Source: Clostridia bacterium (GTDB lineage Bacteria; Bacillota; Clostridia; Christensenellales; UBA1242). Taken from it: DNA of 53,351 bases. Made by a program: the position numbers and the translations under genes. The notes under the pieces were generated by a model, which did not search any database, was not told where the DNA came from, and was given only the letters and a program-made list of their open reading frames with translations. The DNA lies in assembly GCA_028708805.1 (NCBI GenBank), contig JAQVYC010000001.1:10404-63754 (forward strand), in the 5' to 3' direction. Below are positions 27,841-35,963 of the stretch, piece by piece. The first letter of the stretch is position 1. Each line of letters starts with the position of its first letter.

Positions 27841-27853
27841 ATAATTATATGAA

Positions 27854-29440
27854 TTATTTTGCAGTTGCCGAAAAACGAGATTCTCGTATAACATTAACTT
27901 TAACTTGTCCTGGATATTCCATTTCGTTTTCAATGCGTTTAGCAATATCTTCGGCAAGAAAATGTGCAGTTTCATCTGATATTTCATTAGGCTTTACTAA
28001 AATTCTCACTTCTCTACCCGCTTGGAGAGCAAATGATTTTTCAACTCCTTTAAATGAATTACAAATTTCTTCAAGTTTTTCAAGTCTTTTAACATAATTT
28101 TCTAATGTCGCTTTTCTTGCACCTGGTCTTGAACTTGAAATTGAATCTGCAACTTGAACCAAAACTGCTTCAACACTATTAAATTCCACGCCAAAATGAT
28201 GTGCCTCAATGCAATGAATAACTGCTTGTGATTCTTTATATCTCTTTGCCAAATCAACACCAATTGAAACATGTGTCCCTTCAACCTCGTGGTCTAATGC
28301 TTTACCAATGTCGTGCAATAATCCAGCTCGTTTAGCAACTTTTACATCAGCTCCAATTTCCGTTGCTAACAAACCAGCAAGAAATGATGTTTCTAATGAA
28401 TGTTTTAAACAATTTTGACCATAACTTGTTCTGTACTTTAATCTACCTAAGGTTTTTACAAGTTCAGGATGCATTCCAAATATATTTGCTTCTTCAATTG
28501 CGTCCTCTCCAGCCTGCTTTATGGTTTGGTCTATCTCTTTTGTTACTTTTGTAACTATTTCTTCAATTCTTGTCGGATGAATTCTACCATCTATAATTAA
28601 TCTTTCTAATGAAAGTCTGGCTATTTCTCTTCTTACAGGGTCAAAGCAAGAAACTGTAATTGCTTCTGGTGTATCATCCACAATTAAATCAACACCCATC
28701 ACATTTTCAATTGCTCGAATGTTTCGCCCTTCTCTTCCTATAATCCGTCCTTTCATATCATCATTTGGAATTGAAACAACCGATATTGTGATTTCTGATG
28801 TAACATCTGTTGCACATTTTTGTATTGCCAATGCTACTATGTCCCGAGCTTTTTTGTTGGCGTTATTTAATGCTTTCTCTTCTATTTCTTTAACTTGTTT
28901 TACTGATTCTTTTCTAGCATCTTCAGTTATTTCTTTTATTAATAAATTTTTAGCTTCTTCTTTTCCTAATTGTGCTACTCGTTCTAATTCTTTGATTATT
29001 TTTTTCTCTATTTCTTCCTGTTCTTCAAGCTTCTTATTTAAACTGTTTTTGTAGTTTAAATTTTCTAGCCTGCTCTCTTCCAATTGTTCAGCTTTTTTTT
29101 CGAAAGATAACTCTTTTTTATCTAAAAACTCTTCACGCTGAATAAGTCTATCTTCTGTTTTTTGAATTTCTACTCTTCTTTCTTTTATTTCTTTATCTAA
29201 TTCATTACGCAATTGATGCATTTCTTCTTTTGCTTCCAAAAGAGCTTCTTTTTTTACAGTTTTTGCTTCTGCATATGCCTCCTCCAGCAATTTTGCAGCG
29301 GTTGTTTTATTACTTAATATTTTTTTATTAATTATTAATCTAGTTAGAAATATACCCAGAATTGTTCCTATTACTAAGGCACCAACTCCTACAAAAACTG
29401 AGACAATAGAAGAGCTTAAGACAATCAAACTATTGCTCAT
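27854..29440 (-). CDS. rny: Ribonuclease Y
   Basis: N-terminal TM helix, coiled-coil region, KH domain ([13 protein letters not shown]), HD domain (LLHDIGKA). Confidence 0.96.
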   Translation of the reverse strand: MSNSLIVLSSSIVSVFVGVGALVIGTILGIFLTRLIINKKILSNKTTAAKLLEEAYAEAKTVKKEALLEAKEEMHQLRNELDKEIKERRVEIQKTEDRLIQREEFLDKKELSFEKKAEQLEESRLENLNYKNSLNKKLEEQEEIEKKIIKELERVAQLGKEEAKNLLIKEITEDARKESVKQVKEIEEKALNNANKKARDIVALAIQKCATDVTSEITISVVSIPNDDMKGRIIGREGRNIRAIENVMGVDLIVDDTPEAITVSCFDPVRREIARLSLERLIIDGRIHPTRIEEIVTKVTKEIDQTIKQAGEDAIEEANIFGMHPELVKTLGRLKYRTSYGQNCLKHSLETSFLAGLLATEIGADVKVAKRAGLLHDIGKALDHEVEGTHVSIGVDLAKRYKESQAVIHCIEAHHFGVEFNSVEAVLVQVADSISSSRPGARKATLENYVKRLEKLEEICNSFKGVEKSFALQAGREVRILVKPNEISDETAHFLAEDIAKRIENEMEYPGQVKVNVIRESRFSATAK

Positions 29441-29756
29441 ATTTAATACCTACTTTTATTTTATTAACTTATTAAATAATGTTATAGGCGAACTATAAAT
29501 CATTTATTACTATATCTTTTAGAATAAAGCGGTTAAGTCCGCTATTCCATTTATTCAATAAATTCATTATAAGTGTAAATTAAATTTATTAATTTTGTCA
29601 AGCTTTTATAAAAAAGTCTTTGTATACTATAAGTAGATATACATTTTACAACAAAATTTTATGTTTGAAACAAGGATGATTATTTATTTCCAAAAATAAA
29701 ACTCGCTTTAAAAATTTTGAATTAATTAATTTGCTTTAAACTAGCCCTATTAACAT

Positions 29757-30473
29757 TTAAAAGTTTTGAACTTCTTTATTAAATCGTAATTTATAATTAA
29801 ATTTCATTAAATTAAAGCAATCTATAAATTTAAATTTTAGCGAAGTAAGTTTATTATAATCAGTATTTGAGATAATTCGAAGTATTGTATGACTTTCCGC
29901 AGAAATTTCAATTGTATTAATTTCTTTACAACCAACACAACAAATTTCACCTGTATCTAAACAAAAATATCTTTTTCCAAAGAAATCATTACCGCACACT
30001 GCGCATTTATTTAGATTAAGCTTATAACCCATTGTTTCAAAAATTCTAATTAAAAACTTAACAATAACTGACTTTTTTGGTGCGTTTTCATAAGCTAAAA
30101 CTTTTAATGCTGTTAGTAATTCCAAAAACAAAGCAACATCTTGCTGTCCATATTTGCATATGTCTTTAACAATGCACAAAATAGCACACGCTTCCATATA
30201 TTTGTCTATATCTTGTGATAGATTAAAAAAGCTGTCAATCATATCACAGCCAATTACTATGGAATAATTGTTTTTATTTGTTATTAGGTATTCTCCGAAG
30301 CAAAAAATCTCCTTAGCAACTTTTAATTTTGCATTAGGACTCTTTACTCCTTTAAAAACAACATTAACCAAGCCCTTTTCAATAGTGAAAAGAGTTGAAA
30401 TTTTATCTTTTTCTTTATAATCTTTTGAACCGATTATAATTCCTTTAAGCTTTTCTTCCAACTTGTATACCAA
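29757..30473 (-). CDS. recO: DNA repair protein RecO
   Basis: OB-fold N-terminus and a Cys4 zinc motif (CAVCG ... CVGC); lies downstream of era as in Bacillus. TTG start with no clear RBS. Confidence 0.85.
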   Translation of the reverse strand: MVYKLEEKLKGIIIGSKDYKEKDKISTLFTIEKGLVNVVFKGVKSPNAKLKVAKEIFCFGEYLITNKNNYSIVIGCDMIDSFFNLSQDIDKYMEACAILCIVKDICKYGQQDVALFLELLTALKVLAYENAPKKSVIVKFLIRIFETMGYKLNLNKCAVCGNDFFGKRYFCLDTGEICCVGCKEINTIEISAESHTILRIISNTDYNKLTSLKFKFIDCFNLMKFNYKLRFNKEVQNF

Positions 30474-30498
30474 TTTTTAATAGCGTATTTTAAAATTT

Positions 30499-30759
30499 TT
30501 ATCTTGACTTATCATTTTTTTTAGGCAAATGATGCTTTGTTTTACTAACATTTGAAATTGTATACAATCTACTTTTAACATTTTGCCTAGCTCTTTCAAC
30601 AACTATCATAAAATCAATTATTTCCGGACTATGCCCTTCTACAGAATTTTTCATCAACCGATAATTAAAAGGATTGCTCACTTTGTCTGTTAATGCGTCA
30701 AGAATTTTTATAACATCATATTCAAAAAGTTGGTTATTATTTATATTTTTATTCTTCAT
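30499..30759 (-). CDS. Hypothetical 86-aa protein between era and recO
   Basis: Strong RBS (AAAGGAGGA, 5-nt spacer) and an ATG. No family recognised, and it is not similar to my recollection of Bacillus YqzL, which occupies this position. Confidence 0.55.
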   Translation of the reverse strand: MKNKNINNNQLFEYDVIKILDALTDKVSNPFNYRLMKNSVEGHSPEIIDFMIVVERARQNVKSRLYTISNVSKTKHHLPKKNDKSR

Positions 30760-30799
30760 AACAATCCTCCTTTTTATTATATGCTACTCTTTATAACTT

Positions 30800-30827
30800 A
30801 TTATAACACTCTTTTCTGTTATTGCAA
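30800..30827 (-). promoter_or_regulatory. Possible SigA-type promoter for the 86-aa ORF and recO
   Basis: Minus strand reads TTGCAA (30827-30822), 16-nt spacer, TGtTATAAT (-10 at 30805-30800). Confidence 0.35.
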
Positions 30828-30868
30828 TTAAATTTTGAAAATATTTATGCTTAAGGAGCTTATTGATA

Positions 30869-31711
30869 TTAGTTTTTGTTTACCTTGACCCAAACTGTTA
30901 GCATTACTTTTTTATTCATCAATTTTTCTATATTTAACCTGGATTTAGTTGAAATTTCCTTAATTTTCGCACCAGCTTTACCTATTATAATATTTTTATG
31001 GTTCTGCCTTTCACAAATTAAATCCACATCTATACTAACGAGATTTTTCTCTTCTTTAAAACATTTAATATCTACTGCAATTCCATAAGGAAGTTCATCT
31101 TTTAGCAATAAAAATGCCTGTTCTCGTATAGTTTCACTAACTAAAAATCTTACAGATTTATCGGTATATATATCTTCTTCAAAGTAAAAGTTTTTTTCTT
31201 TTGTCTTAGGTAAAAGTTTTAAAATATTTTGTAAAATTAAATCTAAATTATGTTTTTTTAATGTGGAAAAAGAAATTATATTTTTGAGTTCTTTTATTTC
31301 AGATAATTTGCTTGTTAAATTTTTTTCATTTTCTTGATTGCCTAAATCGCTTTTGCTTACACCTACTATTGTAGGAGTTTCGGTTGATAATCTTACAATA
31401 TTATTGAATTCATCATCTGATAATTTTTTAGAACTATCAATCATATAAAAAACAACATCCACAGATGCAAGTGCATAGCGGACATTTTTCATCATTAATT
31501 TATCCAGTTTGTTTTTTGTTTTGTGAATGCCTGGAGTATCCACAAAAACAAGTTGGTATTTTTCCGTTGTTAAAATCCCTAAAATATTCTCTCTGGTCGT
31601 TTGTTTTTTGGGAGATACAATTGTTACTTTTTGACCTATCAATTCATTGATAAGTGTACTTTTCCCAACATTAGACTTCCCTACAATTGCTATATATCCA
31701 CTCTGATACAC
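30869..31711 (-). CDS. era: GTPase Era
   Basis: G1 GKSNVGKST, G3 DTPG, C-terminal KH domain. GTG start with AGGA upstream. Confidence 0.94.
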   Translation of the reverse strand: MYQSGYIAIVGKSNVGKSTLINELIGQKVTIVSPKKQTTRENILGILTTEKYQLVFVDTPGIHKTKNKLDKLMMKNVRYALASVDVVFYMIDSSKKLSDDEFNNIVRLSTETPTIVGVSKSDLGNQENEKNLTSKLSEIKELKNIISFSTLKKHNLDLILQNILKLLPKTKEKNFYFEEDIYTDKSVRFLVSETIREQAFLLLKDELPYGIAVDIKCFKEEKNLVSIDVDLICERQNHKNIIIGKAGAKIKEISTKSRLNIEKLMNKKVMLTVWVKVNKN

Positions 31712-31738
31712 GTTTTTATTCCTATTTTTTAATATTTT

Positions 31739-32227
31739 TTAGTTTCTTTTCACTTTATGAGAATTTAATATACTTTCAGCTAAAAAGTTCATTTCAGTTT
31801 CCTTTTTCTTAGATGAATGTTCATAACCTAAAAGATGCAAAAACCCGTGAAGTGCCAGAAAGCAAATTTCTCTTTTAAATGAATGATTTAGTGTTTTTGC
31901 TTGTTCTTTTGCTAATTTTTTACAAATAGCAATATCCCCTAGACTAATCAAACCATCATCTTTATCAATTTCTTTTGCCATTTCTTTATAATTAAAATTA
32001 TTGCCTTTATTAAAATCAAAAGCTGGAAAAGACAAAACATCTGTAGGAACAGGTTTATCTTTAAACTGCTTATTTAATGATTGCATTTCTTCTTCTGAAT
32101 TAAGTGTTACATTAGCTGAAAACCCCTTAAATTCAATCGGAACTTCATCAAGTGCACTTAAAAATAATTTTTTAATTTTTCGTTTTATAAGCCAATTACA
32201 TCCAAAACCTTGAAAATAAACTTTCAT
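31739..32227 (-). CDS. ybeY: rRNA maturation endoribonuclease YbeY
   Basis: Zinc motif HGFLHLLGYEH; GGAGA RBS. Confidence 0.92.
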   Translation of the reverse strand: MKVYFQGFGCNWLIKRKIKKLFLSALDEVPIEFKGFSANVTLNSEEEMQSLNKQFKDKPVPTDVLSFPAFDFNKGNNFNYKEMAKEIDKDDGLISLGDIAICKKLAKEQAKTLNHSFKREICFLALHGFLHLLGYEHSSKKKETEMNFLAESILNSHKVKRN

Positions 32228-32262
32228 ATAATTTCTCCTTAAATTTAAAAATTAATTTTATC

Positions 32263-33465
32263 TTATATATATATTAATTCTTTATCTACTATGACTAAAT
32301 AACTAACAACTGTAAAACCCGTACCCTGAGTTATGGTACATCTTTCATCTTTGATTATATCATTATTATTTAATTTTTGTAAAGCTTTTTGCTTACTTTC
32401 TTCCATTAAATTATTTTTTATTTCAGCAAAAGGCATATATCTCTCAAAAAAATGAAGCTCTTTCACCGTTGTATATTTAATTATTAATGGTAAAAATGTA
32501 TTTTCTATTCTGGTATAATTTTCTTTCGTTTCATAATTCTCATAAGTATTATTTATATGATTATTAAACAACTCTAATCCAAATAATGAAACTGTACGAA
32601 ACTTCATTTCCCTACCCGTATATTCAGTAACAATTGTTCTTTCATAATGTATTATTTTTTCTTCTAGCCAGACCTCAATTTTAAACTCCGCTTTGGGTTT
32701 TATTTGACTTTTATTTCCTTTTGAATCCAAATAATAACTTTCAACTAAGATATCGCCTTCTTTAATTAAATCCCCTTCTTTTTTCTTTAAAGTACCATCA
32801 ATCAATTTTACATAGGTCAATCTACCATTGCAAGTTGAAACAATATTTTTATAATCACCTTCTGTTTCGCTGTTTAAAACTTTTTCTTTAATGTTAATAA
32901 TCAAAGATGTACCCTTTTTTATAATACTTACCATACTGATTTCATCAAAGTTTTGCATTATTAAAAATTCCAGTTTATCATTATCAATAAAATTTTTTGC
33001 AGTGAAATTACCTATTTTATTCTGATTTAAAAATTCAACGAGCTCGACTGCTTTTATTTTATCGTTTCCATAAATTCTTATATTTAAAATAAATTGATTA
33101 CAGATTATAAGTAAAAATATAGACAAAATAAACCCTAGTAAAATGCCAAGGCGAGCAATTGCTGTTGAATAATACTTTATCCAGCCAAATTTCTTTATGT
33201 TATTTATTATTATCTGATTTTGTTTTAAAATGATTTTAACTTTATTCAAGTTTTTGGGTGAAATGAAAAATGATGCTGTTGAGTGAGAATCTCTGTTTAA
33301 ATTATAAATATCAATACCTAAATCTAAAAATTTATTAAAAATTTTTTCTTGGTTCAATCCCGTAATTTTTATGTGTAACAAAGACTTTAATTTCATCATA
33401 TTAAAAAACCCCTTATTCACAGCAAGTTGTTTAGAATCATTTTTTCTTTCTTTAAAAAACCTCAA
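32263..33465 (-). CDS. yqfD: Sporulation protein YqfD
   Basis: Immediately follows yqfC. Central TM helix and overall pattern match B. subtilis YqfD. The track start is a TTG; the ATG at 33399 (MMKLKSLLHIKITG, AAGGGG upstream) is a plausible alternative. Confidence 0.8.
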   Translation of the reverse strand: MRFFKERKNDSKQLAVNKGFFNMMKLKSLLHIKITGLNQEKIFNKFLDLGIDIYNLNRDSHSTASFFISPKNLNKVKIILKQNQIIINNIKKFGWIKYYSTAIARLGILLGFILSIFLLIICNQFILNIRIYGNDKIKAVELVEFLNQNKIGNFTAKNFIDNDKLEFLIMQNFDEISMVSIIKKGTSLIINIKEKVLNSETEGDYKNIVSTCNGRLTYVKLIDGTLKKKEGDLIKEGDILVESYYLDSKGNKSQIKPKAEFKIEVWLEEKIIHYERTIVTEYTGREMKFRTVSLFGLELFNNHINNTYENYETKENYTRIENTFLPLIIKYTTVKELHFFERYMPFAEIKNNLMEESKQKALQKLNNNDIIKDERCTITQGTGFTVVSYLVIVDKELIYI

Positions 33466-33718
33466 CTTTATAAATTTTTCCTTGAATTGCCATTGTGTTT
33501 TGTGATAATGTTCTTAACAATAAATCTTTACCTTTAACTTCTATTGTGCCATTTTTTACTTTAAAAATAATTTTTTCGGAGGATATTAAAACAACGCCCA
33601 TATGACCTTCTATATATAATAAATTTCCGGAAATGTTCACTAAATTATAAGATTTAAAAATATTCTCCGAAAGGTTTAATTCTTTTACCAACTCGCTAAA
33701 ATAATTAAATACATTCAT
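33452..33718 (-). CDS. yqfC: Sporulation protein YqfC
   Basis: 88 aa; the pattern ISGNLLYIEGHMGVV...IEVKGKDL...IQGKI matches the YqfC family; paired with yqfD. Confidence 0.8.
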   Translation of the reverse strand: MNVFNYFSELVKELNLSENIFKSYNLVNISGNLLYIEGHMGVVLISSEKIIFKVKNGTIEVKGKDLLLRTLSQNTMAIQGKIYKVEVF

Positions 33719-33750
33719 ATAATAAAGTATGTATTAAAAGTAAAGTCTAG

Positions 33751-33787
33751 AATAAAAAACACATTTCAGATTAATGAATGTGTTTAA
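33751..33787 (-). terminator. Second terminator-like hairpin upstream of yqfC
   Basis: Minus strand: AAACACATT, 11-nt loop, AATGTGTTT (33787-33759), followed by TTTATTCT. Ends 33 nt upstream of the yqfC ATG. Confidence 0.5.
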
Positions 33788-33813
33788 TATCAGCATTAAT
33801 TAATTTAATTAAA

Positions 33814-33852
33814 TAAAAAATGCTTATCATTAAAACTGATAAGCTAGTTTTT
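33814..33852 (-). terminator. Intrinsic terminator after the ruvX-DUF1292 pair
   Basis: gcttatca (33822-33829) and tgataagc (33837-33844) form an 8-bp stem. On the minus strand the stem is followed by ATTTTTTATTT. Confidence 0.7.
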
Positions 33853-33867
33853 ATATTTTAAAAGTTT

Positions 33868-34263
33868 TTATTTTAAATCATCGTTTTCATTATTGCTTTC
33901 ATGTGTATGTTCACAATTTTCACATTCACAATTTTCTAAAAGTTTATAATATTCATCAAATACATTCATTGCAATTGTTTCATCTGTTTCAACAATCAGT
34001 TGAGAATCTTCCTCAGCTTTTTCATCTATGAAAAACACAATAGCTTCGTCCTCTGCAACACCGTCCATTTCATCAATAGGTTTCAATATTGCATAAAGTT
34101 TGTCCTCTAAAGGAATTACTGCGATTTGATCAAATTTTATTGCTTTATCCTTTTCATCGTAAAGAGTAATGGGTGAATCATTGTTGTCATCTAACAATAT
34201 ATCCAAAACATCTACTTCTTTTTCCTGTTTATTTTCCTCTTTTTTCATTTTTGCTCCTTTCAT
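33868..34263 (-). CDS. DUF1292 family protein (YrzB-like) with a Cys/His-rich tail
   Basis: ITLYDEKDKAIKFDQIAVIPLEDKLYAILKPIDE...AIVFFIDEK is typical of DUF1292; follows ruvX as in Bacillus. The ATG at 34248 has a GGAG RBS and may be the true start. Confidence 0.75.
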   Translation of the reverse strand: MKGAKMKKEENKQEKEVDVLDILLDDNNDSPITLYDEKDKAIKFDQIAVIPLEDKLYAILKPIDEMDGVAEDEAIVFFIDEKAEEDSQLIVETDETIAMNVFDEYYKLLENCECENCEHTHESNNENDDLK

Positions 34264-34669
34264 TTAAATAACTTTCTAATATTAAACATGCAGATAATTT
34301 ATCAATTAAGTCTTTTCTCTTATCAGTTCTTACTTTTGCATCACTTAATATATTATCCGCTTCGAACGAAGTTAATCGTTCATCTTGAAAAACAATATTA
34401 ACATTAGATTTGTCGGCAATATTAGAACCGAATAAGCGTGTTTTTCTAGCTCTTTCTCCTTCAGAACCATCCATGTTCAAAGGAAGACCAATTACAAGTG
34501 TTTCAACTTCTTGCTCTTCAATTATTTTTTGAAGATGCTCGATATCCGCATTGCTATTTACTGTCTTATAAACTTCAAAAGGGCTAGCAATTACGTGCAT
34601 TAAATCTGTTAAAGCAATTCCAATTCGCTTATCTCCATAATCAATTCCCATGATTCTACTATACTGCAT
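34229..34669 (-). CDS. ruvX: Holliday junction resolvase-like nuclease RuvX (YqgF)
   Basis: MGIDYGDKRIGIALTD N-terminal motif and RNase H-like fold pattern. No clear RBS. Confidence 0.9.
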   Translation of the reverse strand: MQYSRIMGIDYGDKRIGIALTDLMHVIASPFEVYKTVNSNADIEHLQKIIEEQEVETLVIGLPLNMDGSEGERARKTRLFGSNIADKSNVNIVFQDERLTSFEADNILSDAKVRTDKRKDLIDKLSACLILESYLNERSKNEKRGK

Positions 34670-34821
34670 AATTAATTTTATATTGAATTATAATTTATGT
34701 CAACTATATTTTACTTTTATTAATTCCCAGTTATATTTCTTTATTTGCATAATACAATATGTGGTTATATTATTCAAACAATATCCCAAAATATAGATTT
34801 AAAAGAAATATGGAAAATAAT

Positions 34822-34852
34822 AAACATCAACCAAAGAACTTGATTGATGTTT
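34822..34852 (-). terminator. Intrinsic terminator of the rplM-rpsI operon
   Basis: aaacatcaa (34822-34830) and ttgatgttt (34844-34852) form a 9-bp stem. On the minus strand the stem is followed by ATTATTTTCC. Confidence 0.6.
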
Positions 34853-34869
34853 ATGTTTTTATAAAGTAT

Positions 34870-34984
34870 ATTAGCACTTTGTAAATTGTGGAACTTTTCT
34901 TGCTTTTTAAGACCGTGCTTTTTACGATCCACCTTTTGTAAATTGTGGAGCTTTTCTTGCTTTTTTAAGACCGTACTTTTTGCG
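34870..34984 (-). repeat. Tandem duplication (58 nt plus 57 nt) of the rpsI 3' end
   Basis: Unit A (34927-34984) encodes [19 protein letters not shown]. Unit B (34870-34926) is about 90 percent identical with a 1-nt deletion in an A-run, and would encode ...ARKVPQFTKC-stop. Confidence 0.85.
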
Positions 34985-35350
34985 TTCCTTCTTTCTAGCA
35001 TCTCTAGTTAATAATCCTGCTTTTTTAAGTTCAGGTTTAAATGTTTCATCACATTTTACCAAAGCTCTAGCTATTCCAAGACAAATTGCACCTGCTTGCC
35101 CAGTTAAACCGCCACCATTAACATTCACTTTAATATCAAACTTACTTTCTGAGTTTGTTAAAGCCAACGGTTGTTTAAGAATCAATTTTAATGTGTCAAG
35201 CGGAAAATATTCATTTACATCAACTTTATTTACAATTATATTTCCAGTTCCGTTTGGTACCAAAAACACACGCGCAATAGCCTGTTTTCTTCTGCCAGTT
35301 GCAGTAAAATGAGCTTTAATATTTTTCTTTGCTACTTTTTTTTCTTCCAT
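34922..35350 (-). CDS. rpsI: 30S ribosomal protein S9 with a non-canonical C-terminus
   Basis: Canonical S9 body ([35 protein letters not shown]), but it ends TKGGS instead of the usual SKR-type end. Its start overlaps the rplM stop (TAATG). Confidence 0.94.
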   Translation of the reverse strand: MEEKKVAKKNIKAHFTATGRRKQAIARVFLVPNGTGNIIVNKVDVNEYFPLDTLKLILKQPLALTNSESKFDIKVNVNGGGLTGQAGAICLGIARALVKCDETFKPELKKAGLLTRDARKKERKKYGLKKARKAPQFTKGGS

Positions 35351-35793
35351 TATTCCCTTGCTCCTTTTATAGTAGTGGGTTCAGGTTTTTGTGCTTCATG
35401 ACTATGCTCTGCTCCCTTAAACACTTTTAATCTTGTTATCTGCTTTCTTCCAAGCGAATTTTTTTGAAGCATTCCTTTAACAGCTTGAGTTAGTGCTTTG
35501 GGTGAATTGTTTTGCATTAAAGTTTTATATTGAACTTCTTTTAAACCCCCAATATATCCAGTGTGCCAAATTAGTTTTTTCTGTTCAAGTTTATTTCCAG
35601 TTAAAACAATTTTATCTGAATTAATAACCACAACAAAATCACCGCAATCCACATGCGGAGTGTATATAACTTTATTTTTACCACTTAATATATTTGCTAC
35701 AGTTGTTGCTAAACGACCTAGTGGCATATTGCTGGCATCGACCAAAAACCATTTTCTGGTTATCTCTTCCGATTTCGCCATAAATGTTTTCAT
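35350..35793 (-). CDS. rplM: 50S ribosomal protein L13
   Basis: [26 protein letters not shown]... is canonical L13; AAGGAG RBS. Confidence 0.97.
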   Translation of the reverse strand: MKTFMAKSEEITRKWFLVDASNMPLGRLATTVANILSGKNKVIYTPHVDCGDFVVVINSDKIVLTGNKLEQKKLIWHTGYIGGLKEVQYKTLMQNNSPKALTQAVKGMLQKNSLGRKQITRLKVFKGAEHSHEAQKPEPTTIKGARE

Positions 35794-35902
35794 ATGTTTA
35801 TCTCCTTTAAGAATAAATGCTTATAATAAGCATGTTTTTAAAAAAGAACTTTTGAAGTAAGGGCTAATTTCACAAAAAAAGTCTTTTTAAAAAGACCTTT
35901 AC
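35794..35902 (-). promoter_or_regulatory. Structured 5' leader of rplM-rpsI (candidate L13-type r-protein leader or attenuator)
   Basis: Two hairpins on the minus strand: GUCUUU-UUAA-AAAGAC followed by U7 (about 35874-35899), and ATGCTTA-TTA-TAAGCAT (35817-35833) just upstream of the RBS. Confidence 0.45.
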
Positions 35903-35931
35903 ATTATATAAAACTTGGTATTAAAAGTCAA
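35903..35931 (-). promoter_or_regulatory. SigA-type promoter of rplM-rpsI
   Basis: Minus strand reads TTGACT (35931-35926), 17-nt spacer, TATAAT (35908-35903). Confidence 0.7.
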
Positions 35932-35963
35932 GTGCTTTTTTTAAAAAATCAAATAATAAGTAA

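Noticed and set aside
25574-27853. dif site near the convergence point
   Set aside because: I looked by eye for CATAA-N6-TTATG-type 28-mers. The candidates (25579-25606, the 27761-27780 region, and 23243-23270 near the recombinase gene) match only about half of the Firmicute or E. coli dif positions, which is expected by chance in this composition.
34774-35001. 75-aa minus-strand ORF overlapping the rpsI 3' end
   Set aside because: It reads the two duplicated rpsI tail units in a different frame ([10 protein letters not shown]... twice), has no RBS, and spans the operon terminator. It is an artefact of the duplication.
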